Below are positions 33,701-47,579 of a stretch of 64,000 nucleotides of DNA, piece after piece. Location of the stretch: the NCBI RefSeq assembly GCF_037042905.1, contig NC_087251.1, positions 43,154,001-43,218,000 of the forward strand, in the 5' to 3' direction. A program made the translations under genes and the position numbers. Each line of letters begins with the position of its first letter. Position 1 is the stretch's first letter. The notes under the pieces are model-generated. The model was not told the DNA's origin. It worked only from the letters and a program-made list of their open reading frames with translations, and ran no database searches. This stretch comes from Lytechinus pictus (Eukaryota).

Positions 33701-36700
33701 AATATGAAAGTCTCATTCATTATCAAATACTAAAATCTTTCACTTCTTTGAGGTATTGGTGACCCATTGTGTTGTTTTATTTCAACTCATAGTTCTTCAG
33801 TAATTTTCATATTTTGGCTTTTAACCAAGTCCAGACAGTCTGACACACATTCCTTATGATTTTAATCTCTGTTATATGCTCTTTGTATCAAGTTTAAAAT
33901 AGTTAGTTGTAGTGCCAAAATATGATTTGTGAGTGAGATTACAGTTTCTTTTGTAACTCTCACAATGCTCAAGTAAATGTTGTCATAAGCGATATGATCT
34001 GTTCATGGGTAGGCTCTTCTTCGCGCTGTCTATTCTTTCTGTCTGGTAATAGATAGCTCTCATTGTTAAATGCATTACATGTTTTCTTTGTCACAGCCAA
34101 GCTGACATGAACAGAAATTAAACTAGAATTAACCGTAGTATATCTGGCAAATGATTGCAGTTGATTGATTTTAGGCAAGATTCTTTGAACTACCCTCGGG
34201 GAATCAATCATGCTTTGTGATAACATCTCTGGCAATGTTTTCCTTTTAAAATACTTAATCAAGCTTGATCTGTTACAAGCTTCTATCCACAATGGTTGTA
34301 TGGATAGAAATGACATAGACTATCAGTCTTTTCTCTACCATCAATTGATCACAGAAACGAGTAAAGTGAGTACATTCTGCGGCTCAATTACATATCCACT
34401 GCTTAAATTCTTGAGCAGAATTGATCAATTGTGCGCTCTCTTTTTTTTAGCCCATGTTTCATTTTAGCTGGGGATTTGATAGCATCGGCTAGCCTGTCGC
34501 CAGCCTGGCGGTGCCTTCCAATTGTGCATGATGGTAAGGCAATGGACGTGGGGCTTTAGCTTTTCATGAACCCATCTCCTGACAGACGACGGCGACAAGA
34601 GATTGTATTGCTCAGTCCGTTGGTGTTATCATCACTTCTATTGTGTGGATGTTGTATACTGGTGAATGGGGACAGATTTCTGAGGTCTTTGAACCAACCC
34701 CTCTCTCGAAGTGCTAGGCAAGTTTACCCTATATGGTTAGCTAAATACTGGTAATGCAACATAAAATGAACTCGGTTTCAATTTCGAACACCATTCATCA
34801 AGAGGGGGGACCGAGAGAGAGAGCAACACAACAAAACAAACTCTGGCCTAGATCAGAGGAGGTATAGAATTATATTCATGCCAAACAATTCGGCATGCAA
34901 TTGTTTCCACAAAGGGCCATTTATTTCACATTTTTCTTCCATTTCTATCCGGCTTTGTTCGAGGTCCATCGGGCGCATCCTCTCGATTCTCTCGAAACTT
35001 TATTGAAATATCCCCATCCCATTTCGAGCCCCTCTTCCGTGGTAGGATCACAGAGTATATCCCATTGTGGGGAGTTGGTGGTGCGAGCCGTGACCCAGGA
35101 CTATAGATGAAGGTACCTCATTAATCATTAAGGGTTTGACAAGATCAAAGCACAGATGCCGGCACCGGGAGTTCGTCTTGCGTGAAATAAGATGCGTTTT
35201 GGTCCAAATTTGAACTCTATCCACCAAATAATCAATGCATCACACATATGGCATAGCCACCAAATTGCTGGTTTATTGTTATTCACAAGACATGGTTGAT
35301 TTCGAGAAAAATATCACAAGATCGTGAAAATTATGATTGCCCAGCCTAACACCTGCGAATAAGCCCACGCTGAATATTGAAGGCTATTCCTCATCCAATT
35401 TTATCCCCATGATGCGTGTTATTCTATTCACAACAAAGCTAACCCCTCTTTCTCCCTCTGATCCTCTCTCAAAAGTCAGTAAATTGATAAAAGACGCAAA
35501 ATTGTAATCCCTCGCTAACAACATAACTACCACTCCAATCATTCATATTAAGCTTGTCAAATTTCCCTCCTTCACAAAATAACGTACAAAGGTTGAAAGA
35601 GGCATCGAAAACCATTAACACCATTCCATGACCTCCCCAACCACGCTACCGACATACTATGCATTCACATGTCACCCCTATAAAGTATAATACAAGACAG
35701 GTTTCAAGAACATGTTGGCAGATTTCGCTATTTGTCGCTCTTTTTGAAGTACCTGATTATGGGATCAAGAGCTTGGGAGAAGGTACATTGTCAATTTATC
35801 AGTTTTGGCCTCCCACAACTTTCTCCTCTGTATAGAACAGGATGAAATCATTTCAACAATTCACTTTATTGTTCAAATCTAGTCTGATTGTGTTTGGGCT
35901 GGGTTATCAATGCCATTAAGGCTTCTTTAAAGTATGTCTTGAATACAGTTTACACTATTCATGCAATACAGGTATTGTAGGCTGTAATTGGGAGTTCCTT
36001 GAGATACCCACTTTGTTGAAATTGCGTATTTTCAGTCTAGCCGAGAGCGTCTTTACAAAATCAGATCACAATTGAAAAGTACCGAATAAGACTGGTATCT
36101 AGCTCTAATTCATTTCAATGTAAAGAACCAACTAGTGTCATATTTTTCCACAGCTGTTCACTTAAAATTGGCATAATTAGGACTCATAAAATTAAAGAAA
36201 CATAAAAAAGGGTAACACAGGGGGAAGTAATCCAGAGAGGATAAAGGATGTTTCCCCCTGAAAATGTTAGAATTGGTATACGAACTAATGGGAGAAGGTA
36301 TTCTCTTATAGCTCTGGCCCGCTCCTAGCTGATATCACAAGAAAATATTTGACTAAGGGTAATGCAATCATCATACAAAGTCCAGAAAAAGTGGAATATA
36401 CAAGTAATCTAGTGACCTACATGTATCCAGTGAATTCCTTCTTCACATTAAACTGAAAAACACATCAAGTAATGGTATGTAATTTGCTAAGCTGTAAAGA
36501 TTTTATGGCCAATGATGACTAGAATGAAAGAGTAGCAAGGAAATGCATATTTAAGTGGCTCATTTACATACCACCATTTCAATGTGTGGTCAGCTTTATG
36601 ATATAGCCATTAGCAATGTTCTTTTCCTAGTATCACATTGCTTCATCATGTTTTCATTGGGGAAAATGGGCTCATGGTTTTTGCCCCATTAAATTTCCCA

Positions 36701-38283
36701 TAATGTGTCGCCATATGTGCTAAAGTTCTTTTCTTTTCCGATGTCTGCGGACAATGTTTGGTGGCCCTATCAAATTACTGACATTTTCCAGTTTCAGCAA
36801 TAAAAAAAAGCATGCTTGACTGAATCAGATTTTTTCCCCAGTACTTTGCATCCTGGGTGAAGTTGTTTTGCTGTACATCAGTATTTTTAGTTGGTGACAG
36901 ATTCTGAGGTTTCTTTGATGAAATTTTTATTTCAATATTATGTTGGAGAGGAGATTCACTGAAGTTGGTTCTTGCAGATATTCAATGTTAAAAAACGAAT
37001 TGCATCAAAATGTGTTTTTATTACACACCCGCAAACTGCAGCTAGCCTCAGGATAACACTGGATGGAAAAAAGGGGAAGGCAAAATGATAACATTAGTAT
37101 TCAGGCAAGAGTACCTGCCCGCCTTCTCTAAACGCTGAAGGCGCTTTATGATGCAATGTTTATGCACATAAATAAGACAAGTGTTTCCCCCAAGTTCATA
37201 GGAGAGGATGGAGACAGGATGATGAAGATGATAAGATTAGACACGTCGAGGGCAGTTGCCACCAGTTCAGAGATGGGCTATCGGCACAACCCACGCCACA
37301 TCAATCGTTTCAAAGCAAGCTACCTTGTGTCATCAATGTCGACTAGGCGTGAATCACGGCAATCGTTTCGTCGCGATGCTGCCGCGAGCCGCGTGCGGGG
37401 CTGGAGGAGCGCGTGCGATAATGCACACCAAGAACGGATTCCCAAGGAAAAAGAGAGAAAATGAGAGACAGTGGGGGCAGCGCTCGGTACGATATGAGTC
37501 ATATCACTCAATCGTTGGGGGTAACCCTCGCTGGTATGAGAAACAAGCTAGACGGATCAATGTAATTCACTCGGAGTAACTCGGTTTTCAAAGTGTTAAT
37601 GCAATTTCCACTTGTTAATCGAGTTGGACGGAATTGCCCACGAGCATAAATGTTTATGATTCTCTATTTCTCGTAACCTTCCCCTTCCTCCTCTTCCTTT
37701 TCTCTCTTATCTCTCTCTTCTCGTTTCCCCAGTGATGGTGGATATACATGACCTCAGGAGAGACACAAATCTAAAATCTTCCCTTGAGGTATCAATAAAC
37801 TAGCCCTCTTACATGACCATCAAGCTGCTTTATAGCAGCAGCTCACACACTGGAGCACCCTATGATTACAAGTGGTTTCAATCCACTGGGGCACTTTACC
37901 CCGCCTGTCAGGACAGGTCATAGTGTCAAGAGGAATTAGAAAGACTCAATCAAACAAACTTGTTAATTATCAATCCTAGCTATGATGTCATATAAAAGAT
38001 GAAACAAAGAGACTATTATGTCAGCCACTTTCAGCCTTACCGATGAGTTGCGTAAGTATGACACATTAGAACCAATGCTTTGTTAACAAAATTCGATAAA
38101 TGCACCAACACCCCCTCCCCCCAAAAAAAAGGGAAGTTAATTTTTTTCAAATTTTGACAAAAGAATTCAAGAAGGTAAAATATATCCACACTGTAGTCAA
38201 ATAGAGAAACCAAGACAAGATAAACAATAAAATATTGAGGTTTATTTGAAAATGACTATATTCATATCTTCATCTGATCACCA

Positions 38284-38422
38284 GGGCACATTTCATCAAA
38301 TATATCAAGAACAAAAGAAATATTTCTAAGACAAATTTGCTATCAGCCAATCAAAAATTATGATTTCAGTAGCTTATATCAGCTATAATAATTTTGTCAT
38401 CATAAGTTTTATGAAAACGGGC
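38284..38422 (+). mobile_element. AGCCAATC-core MITE (copy 4)
   Basis: gggcacatttcatcaa...cagccaatcaaa...gatttcagtagcttata...ttttatgaaaacgggc. Confidence 0.65.
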
Positions 38423-41400
38423 TTTGTGCTTCCTTAGAAGTTGAATTTCTCTGAACAAACGACAAAATCATAACACTATTTATCTGACAATGTTGGAAGG
38501 CTGAAAAATAAATACACAAAGGAGTTTTCATGACGTGTTCTTGAAGTACACTTGGAAAGACACTGAATATGCCTACATATTCCAACAATCTGAAACAACT
38601 AGAGCATTGATAAATAGAGATTGCACAGGTTATGCCGTGAAGGTAAACTCGGACTGGAAGACAATAAGCTTTCGGGGTATATGAGGGAACATGGGGTGGC
38701 CCTTTTAATTGCCCCTAGCACTTTACGATAATGCATGCTCAAATGATCACCACATAATTCCCTGCTATATTCTGAATCACACCCCTCCTTCTGCTGTTTC
38801 AGGCCCCTGTAGACCGGGGAGATCGCACGAAAATCCTCGTCATGGGGGTGAAAGTACAACGAACCTACCACCAAATTCTTCACGCATCTTTGATTTTGCT
38901 TCCCAGACAGTGAGATCGAACACAACCCCCTTCCTTCCCTTTGCCAGCCCCGGTTCCTCCTTTATTCAAGGTTTTCTTCCATGGCTTGATGGGATTGTGT
39001 TATTCTTCTGAGAACGATTGGACATACACATCTTTCTATACCTTTTTTTAATGAATATATTCAATCTTAGATATCTACCAACAGGAATAATCTAATGATT
39101 GTATTCGATATATTTAAAATCAGACATCTACCAAAAGGAATGGCTAATTAATCTGGTAAGATGCAAAAAAAAGGTGTTAACTCTAAAGGAATAGAAATGA
39201 AAGCAAACGCTTAATCACCGATAGTTGATATATCAGTAGCTTTACCGTACTCCTCTAATCTAGCCAATTAAAGACAAAAGAATTGCCCGTTTCAAGCTCA
39301 AGTTCACCAATTAGAGCAAATGGGAGAGAGCTCAAATGACGCAGTGATAATTGTGAGGAATACCACCATTTGTTGATTGAAGAGGAAATTTAGAAGGAAA
39401 AAAAAAGAGGTTCTCAGAGAGTGAAATGTACAGTATTGTTTTGACTATGATCATGGTGTGCTCATACACCAGAAAAAAATACCCTAAAATATTCCTATCC
39501 GGCTTTGACTGACTCATAATTTGTATATGAGCATTAGGAATTCCCAGGAAAGATGGCATGGTGAAATGTCTTTAGCTAATCATCTAATTCAATTTGCGTC
39601 AAACAAGTGGTTTTGGTATTTGCTTAATGGCTAGCCCTCCTGTCACCAAGCCCCCCCCCCCCCATTTCCTTGAATTATGAATACAAAGATGAATTATAAA
39701 TACAAAGATGGCCCGACATGGCAATTACAAACATTATATTTTTAAATCGAATCCCTCATGCTGGGTTTGAAACGCACAATAGGCCCATCAGAGTAGCCCG
39801 GTATTTGAGCGTATATCGCTTGTAGCAGATGTTAAGCGATTTCAGCAGCACTAATCCCTCAAATTGGACGCACCGAGCCTCTGATCTTCAGGTCCAGGGA
39901 GCGCATTTGACACGATCCGCCAAGCAATTTTACTTGCTGCTCTGAATCTACCATTTCATTAGCATTGGCTGTGGTCGTATATACAAACTATATGCTAGAG
40001 GATGTCTCTTGCGCCATGCCATATCATACATCATTCTCCAAAAATTGAACAGAGGAAATAACATTATTAAACAATCTTTCCCCTCTTGATATATATGAAA
40101 GGAATATAATCCCTCAATTTTGAATGATTGCTTTGAAAAAAAAGCAATTGAATCATGTTTTAAGCATGATCTTCATGCTTAAATGTCAACAGATATCCTT
40201 CCAAGAGTTTACCTTCTTATTCACAATCAATCGCATTTTTCCGAACGAGTACATTATGTTCTGTCGGCCTGGTTTGCCTTCAGATAAGGCTCCATTAGTG
40301 TATTTGCCTTCTTCATCCGACCAATCAAACAGAAGCGAAGAAGTGGTTCAGAGGAAATGTATTCATTCAAAATCTTACTTGTCGAAGAACGCACCATTGT
40401 GGCAAGGTGTCAGGGTCTACACCAAAGGAAATTGCTGCTGACCTTGATGCAAATGCACTCCTCATCAAAATAGAATATCCACAAGTGAATTCCATTCACA
40501 TACTATATTATATCATAAGACATGCGGCGTTCATGAACATAAATTATTAGGTATGATGGATGATCTACAATCATTAAAATTTACAAAATGAGTTATGTGC
40601 AATTTGCATGGACTATAACGGTATATAATCTTTCTTTTCATAAACAGACATAATTTGGGTATTTATCTACAATTTTGTTATTTATTTATCGAATCCAAGA
40701 GTGTGATTGCTCTTCACTAGCCTTTGGCTTTCTCGCATAGGACATAACAAGAATTTTATGACCTAATTTGTATTGTGAAATGTAGGGCGTTCAATCAATA
40801 AATCTGTATGTGAAAGGCTACAGATTAGCAGGACAATTGATTATGTTTTTACAGAATAAATGTTACGAGTAAAGGAAACACCCCCAGAGCCATACAAAAT
40901 GTCCATTATTTGTTTATGAATACAGAGCCTTCTAAGGATTGTGTCAAACCAGCACCCATGTGGGTTAAATGCCACAATGAAGGTGACGGGTACTGAAAGG
41001 AGAAATAAAATCAAGTTCTCTCATTCTTGGTGAGCAGATTTTATCACAAAATCTAGTTGTTCACTTTTCAACAACTTAGGTGGGAAATGTTTCCTTTTCT
41101 CTTACACCCTCAACAATGGAGTCCTAATATGTTAGGTTTGTCATGACCCAGAACTATGGCCCAATTTTCAGCAGGTCCTATGGCATAATAGCACAACCTC
41201 TAAACCATCTGACTGGGCCAGGGCTGAGGGTGGTGACTCACAATTGCCCAACAGTTCCCTTTCTAGACCTGACAGGACAAGGAGACATTTAAGAGAAGAA
41301 GATTCCAGGGCAATTTCATCATTGATTATAAATGGCCTAGTTTAGGGGACAGAGTGAAGAAATCATATTTCATCTCCTCGTGTCGTGACCAGGGATTTGA

Positions 41401-42928
41401 AAGACGATACGTGAGTTGCGCGAAAGACGAGAAGGTGATACGCTTGCTTGCTCAGGTAAGAAGAGAACCATTTGTGAACAAGTTCAATAGTCTCCTTCAA
41501 CAAAACCCTGTGTGAACTTAAAAGTAAATAAAAATAATGAAACTTGATTTAATGAATAGACATTTCAAAAGGCAAAGGACTCGACGCCTCTCGATATAAA
41601 TTTTCATGTCATTAATGATTGTGTTGCGATTCATGCTAATTCTTGGTGAGAGTTTGCTCCAGTTATAGATTAAAAGAAGTCTGCACTTTCAAGACTAATT
41701 CCATTAAGACAGGTGAGAGAGCAGTAAGGTGGGCTTCAAGAGCAAATCAAGAAGGAAGAGGAAGATTGGCAAAGATAAGAAAAATGGATGAAGGTGAAGT
41801 AAGGAGAAAGAGGGTGAATCTAGGGATGGCGATGGGATGGGGGGATCTAAGAATGAATCCCAAAACACACTTTGAAAATGGATCCGTCCTTTTCTTCTCC
41901 CGGCCATTGTCAGCGGGGATGGCCCAAGGCAACGCAATACTGGAAGGCAGTTTGCTTCATGCTCTCCTACCTAACAAAATTGAATTGCCATTGATGATTT
42001 GAGCAAATAATGACAGAAAGAACAGCTTAAAATTGATTTCATGAACTGCAGATGACTAAGGACATGAACCAATTGATGCATTCTGACCATTTCGGGACTT
42101 TTTCTGCTTCATTCTTCTGGATTCTATTCAAGGCAACCCTATTTTTTTAATATAGGATTTTAAATCTGAAAAGCAGTCTTTGCAACTTGAGAGGGTAGCT
42201 TCTATCAATGCTATCAAAGTTCATAAACTGGAAAGTACAGCCCCGAAGATAGGTATAGGTATCTTATAGGTAACATAAAGGTATATGTGTTGACATCTTG
42301 ATAATCTTGACACATGTTGTTCGACTAACCAACTGAACAATTCATTCTTTATCTCTCATCAATGACTTGATATAAAAATGAAATAAATACATAGGCCCCA
42401 CATGAATGAATAAATAAATATATCACACACTACATATATCTAATACATATCATATATCTATAAAGATATAGATATATGAATTAACATGTAGGCCAATTGG
42501 ACCACAGCAGTAAATTTCCTGATAATCAGTTACTCCAAGGTTTCTCAAGGCATGGATCTCTTATATTACTACAAAGCAAATCAAGAACGGGAGTGGATAA
42601 TTCTGGTAGCACCAAGTGATCAATATTGAATTTTCAGAGGTGCTTGTATCCCGGTGTGAATTACCACACCGTTCTGTAGCCAGTGAAAACCATCTGTGAT
42701 TTCATCGTGTGTAGAGAGAGAGAAAAGATAGAGAGCTCGCTTGTGCTTGGGTTATAGTGGGACATGCAAAAGCACTCTTGAAATATTCTTATGTTTCAGG
42801 TTGGATAGTAGAAAACCCTCTCAGATGATTTGAATCATAAGGTCAATGCCATCTCTCCTGCAGAAGAAAGGAACCCAGTTGGGAATGTATTCAAAGTTTC
42901 TTACATGAACCATATTGAGATGGGGAAA

Positions 42929-43069
42929 GGGGAACGTTTTCATGAAAGTTTTGTCAGTAGTTCTCACCGACAAGTTTGTTCTCAGCCAATCAGATGTGAG
43001 GATTTTCAATGGCTTATAGCAGTTGGTATTGAAAATCACTGACAAATCTCCTTCATGAAATACTGTCCA
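42929..43069 (+). mobile_element. AGCCAATC-core MITE (copy 5)
   Basis: gggaacgttttcatgaaag...ctcagccaatcagatgtgaggattttc...cttcatgaaatact. Confidence 0.7.
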
Positions 43070-43728
43070 GGAGAACTGTTTTCTGGAATCTATCCGAAGC
43101 ATAGCTGGAAATCTAGGGTGCAATGTAACCAGTGGAGAACAAGTCATGCAGAATGTTATGTGTATCACTCGCAGCCATCTCTTACGTAGTCATCAGTAAA
43201 AAGAATAAAGGCTGGCTTATGTGGGCAGATGTAGCAAATCTAGGACACACTCAAGAGTGAAAAACTATAGAAATTAAAGAAAAAACAATATCCACAAAAC
43301 TGACTAATGCTAAAAGTGGAATAAGATGAAAAAAAAATTATAGGCTTCGCAGTAAGAGGCCGGAGGCATTTATGGCTGGCTAAGTATTGAAGTACTACTG
43401 AAAGAATGTCATCCTCAAAGTACCATGCTCCATGGAATCACAAGTACTTAAAGGAAACATTGTCAAAACGGGTTGCATCCAAATTCAATAAGAAAAAGAT
43501 AAGATAAAATGAGAGAGAGATAAGGTCAAATAAATATATCTTTTAATATCTTGATTTGAGAGTCAAATTTTCCAGCAAAATAAGATTATATTAAATGTTC
43601 TTACATGATACACAAGAACCACAAGATATAGGCCTAAATGCCATTTACAAGAATGGTAATGACATTGTTCTTCTAACATTAAATTTAATTCAAATACTAT
43701 TAAGCTGCCTTGTTATTGTTCTTATAAT

Positions 43729-43807
43729 TTCAATCAAATTTGAATTCATTATTATTATAAATTCAATCAATTTTGAATTCATTATTATAAATTCAATCAA
43801 TTTTGAA
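43729..43807. repeat. Short AT-rich tandem repeat (~30-33 bp x2.5)
   Basis: TTCAATCAA.TTTGAATTCATTATTATAAA repeated. Confidence 0.85.
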
Positions 43808-46800
43808 GTGTTTCTTTTGAGAATAACAAATGGCCAATATTGAACTTTTCTTATGAGAGAGCAGCCCAGCTGATTCACTTAACCACAATGTTCATATTCT
43901 CCAGACTCCAGTCTGTAAGGTGGATGAGGGCTGGTGTGAATGGTACCATAATGCTGCCTGCTCAGCACGCATAGCACCTGTCAACTGTTCAAATCAATCG
44001 TGGTGTTCGTAGAGTCTCTGTTATGGGATAAAAGGATATAATTTCTTTATCGCTTATCTAATTCCTCCAGATACTCACACTTAACTGCAGCTGACATGAT
44101 TAGTGTGTAGTTATCAAGTTTACACTAAATCTGTGATCCCTATCCATAATAAATTCCTCATTAAGCAGAACAGAGAGTGGAATAAATGTTGTACATTTGG
44201 GATTAACCATCCTAATAAATTAGGCTGTACTTGATTCTGTAGATCATACATACTCACTGAAAGTTGCTATTTTTATATTGTTTATTATGAACCAAACTGA
44301 AATACATTCTCTGTAGAAAAATCAATTCCAAAGATAGTTGGTCTGCATGGCACAAATCAGTAGAGGCAACTAGTAACATGCGTGAAATCCCCCCCCCCCC
44401 CCCGCCCCTTCCATTCTCTTATTGAAATATTTTTCAAGATGATAATTTGGAAAATATTTATATAAAAGTTGGGTTCTAATTTCCATTTAAGCTCCCACAC
44501 CCTTGGGCCAGCATTTAACCCAACGGTACCGACAGGATGCGAAGACCAAGGGCATTTCTTTACTCTGTTTGATCTTCCATATCCCTGTCGATAACAGTCT
44601 TGCTTTATCCCAGGGCGCATGCAGGTGATGTCAGACGGGTGCCCGCTATCATACCTTTCATAATTGAATCAGATTTATTTTTCTTAAAGGAATCACTTTT
44701 TATCAGGTTTCTTGTTCTCACGTTTGATCAAAGAGAGTCGTCAGAGTAGGTTTGGAGACACACTGTCTATGCAACTCACAGCATGAAGCGATTGTTACAG
44801 TGGTTGTTGCACAAAGGGGCTGGCAGCCATAGGAAACAACGTCTGACCCTATATTGGCTTAATCATATAATTTACTTTACACTTTTCTATTTTCTTTTCT
44901 CGAGTACTTCACATAGTGTTTTGGTTTGAATGGGTGGAAGAAGAGACAGCTCTGTTGGACATGAGCGTGAGTGCTAATAAGCCTCTTGGTCGATTTGACA
45001 TGACTAATGAACGTCTTTTCCGCATGGGTGTACATGTTTTAGACGTCAAAGGCGTTGCAATGAGATGGACCAAAAACCCTATCGTTTCTAGTACTCCTTT
45101 TTCTGTGTTCCCCTTGTTTAAAGAGCTCTTCTGGTTTCACGAGTCATGTCCAGCGTTGGCATCTGGATGGCCTGTGAAGAGGATGTCTTCCAGGTATGAA
45201 TCACTTGCAAAGGACAGTCAACCTCTTTCTTAATCATGATCATTTTCATCATTAGCTTGCAGCATGCATGATTGGTGGGTGGCTTGTCTGAAAGAATGAC
45301 GGCTGGACAATACCCTAATATTGATCCAAAGAGATTGGAATACACCCGCCTAGCCCCCTCCTCCTTTAACCCATGGCCAACATACTCTTGAAGACTTACC
45401 CCGTAAATACAAGGGAGACGCAGTCCATGCTTGAGCCCGGGGTGCTACGCGAGAGCTGCCCCCGAGCAGGCTAAACAGCCGGAAGGCAACGAGAGCCTCG
45501 TGTTCCAGCCATGTCGGAAGAAAAGTACACGCTTAATTGTTTGAATTGATTAAGAGAGAGTGCGGTTGGTACTTAACTGTATTTACAAGATCAATTATTC
45601 CCTAGATGATTGACAGATTAGTTAGGTGTATGTACAAGCATCCCCTTGAGGAACGGTGTGACCCAGTGGGCCACTTAGCCTGCAGGTATGAGCCCATGTC
45701 TCAATTCCATGGGTCGAGTGTGTATGGTCATAGACCGACCACATAATTCAATATTCCATCCCGCCATCAAATTGCGCATAATTCCTGTGAGACCAATAAC
45801 AAGCCTGTTTAACAATGGACCATGAAGGGAACTCAATAAAATTATTTCTAATAAACCATGAATTCATCATCTTACAAAGGGTTCCAACAATAACCTATCA
45901 ATTTATATAGGAATCACTCTTTAACTTAATGTCTAATTACAAAAGAAAGGTATAATCAATTATACACTTGACTGGAAAAAAACCAAACTGTTCTAAGATA
46001 ATCAGATGAATCACAGAATTAATTTGAAGTTGAGAAGAGATTGGATTAAGAAGAATGATCCATGATTGCCACAATGGACTGTGGCTACAAGTGTTTACTC
46101 ACTACCAGCCTGCACCAATACTTCACCGCAACGGAATCTCATATTCTCCTATCCTCCATTGTCAGCCGCAACTATCAACACCCAACCCATGAGTAACAAA
46201 TTCATATAATCCACTCAAAAACAATGTTTTCTCCCCATCCATTTTCATTTGGAGGAAACTTCTCCGAATCGTCACCCTCCTTGGTATTTTCCTTGCGTCA
46301 CCGAGGATGATTCAGCGGGTCTAGGGCTCTGCCCATGACACCTCTGACAGCTCCTAATCGCCAACTCTTGATTAACGAAAATTAAAGAGGACTCGGGTGA
46401 TGCCGTGATTGGTTTGGGAAAGATTACGTTCGGACTTGAAGGTGGTTTTGTGACAGAAGATGGATTGACCCCTCCGCATCCAGGCTTCAAGGACGAGTAA
46501 TTTTCATCAGTCAACTCGTCACATTCATGGGTGCTTGGTTGACAGGCAGACTCCCTATCCGAGTGTCATCAATCCGATACTTGGGTCTGTTTGTTGTTTC
46601 AGGGTAGCCATCTCAATGGAACGTCTGTGCAATTCAAGTCATCTTCATTTCTATTACCTCTAGTAAAACACACAAAACTCCTCCTAAAGGTATATCACAT
46701 GTATCGATCCAGGAGATATGAATCAGCCTCAAGTGCACACATTTCAATACTGAAGGAAAATTTAGCAGTATTTATGTAACTTTTTCCTCCCAACGTTCAA

Positions 46801-47199
46801 GGATTGACTAAAAGTTGAGCTTTAATATTGAAGATGTCAGCTCGAGGCATGCATGTCAAAAATGTCTGCAGTGTTTGATTGAAATCAATTTCACTCATCT
46901 CAGCCTTTTTTCCATTTCTTCTGCACTGAATCATTATATTTATCTCTGAAAAATATTTTCCCTTTTCTTTGAGTCTTGGTTTTTATAATTCTTAAAAGAA
47001 ATCATAACAGACCTCCCCCCCCCCCCCCGAAATAAATCAATAAATTCTTTCCCAATGAATTTGTTTTGAATGTCCTCAAACAATGAAAACTGTCAAATGA
47101 ATACAGATGAATAGTGTTTTGGGTTTGTAGGACATCCACCAAATACAATAGACCGGGATGACCTCACAAGGCACCTCTACAACACCCCTAGATCAAAAC

Positions 47200-47322
47200 A
47201 GGAGATTGTTCCATGAAGCATCTTTTTTTCACTGACAAATATGTTCTAAGCCAATCAGATGCAAGGATTTCAGTAGCTTATAACAGCAGGCAGTGACTGA
47301 TTTGTTTCATGAAATGCTCCCC
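47200..47322 (+). mobile_element. AGCCAATC-core MITE (copy 6), ~35 bp from a KIF26 splice donor
   Basis: agccaatcagatgcaaggatttcagtagcttataacag...gtttcatgaaatgctcccc. Confidence 0.75.
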
Positions 47323-47356
47323 TGGTAAAAGATCTGTACCCCAGTGCTTCTCTCAC

Positions 47357-47579
47357 CTTGCCGATGCCTGGGTTCTCTTTGACCCTGTTCACATTCCGGA
47401 GCAAGGAGGGTGGCGCAGAAGGCGGGTTCCTGAGGATAATGCTACTGAAGTTGGTGGGAAAGATGGGTTGCTCCGGGGGCTGCTGCATCATCATCATCAT
47501 GGGGGGCTCGGGGGTGCTCATGGCGGGCAGACTCCCTTTCCTTTTCTTCTTGGAGCTTAGGTTCAGTTTCTGTGCAGCC
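47357..47579 (-). CDS. KIF26: KIF26-like pre-motor exon (RAAQKLNLSSKKKRK...FPTNFSSIILRNPPSAPPSLLR...KENPGIGK), most 5' exon found
   Basis: Matches KIF26B RAAQKLNLSSKKKK...F..NFS.IL...PP.APP.LLR.V..VK..PG.GK. Acceptor catccag (phase 2), donor AAG|gtgag. Confidence 0.94.
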
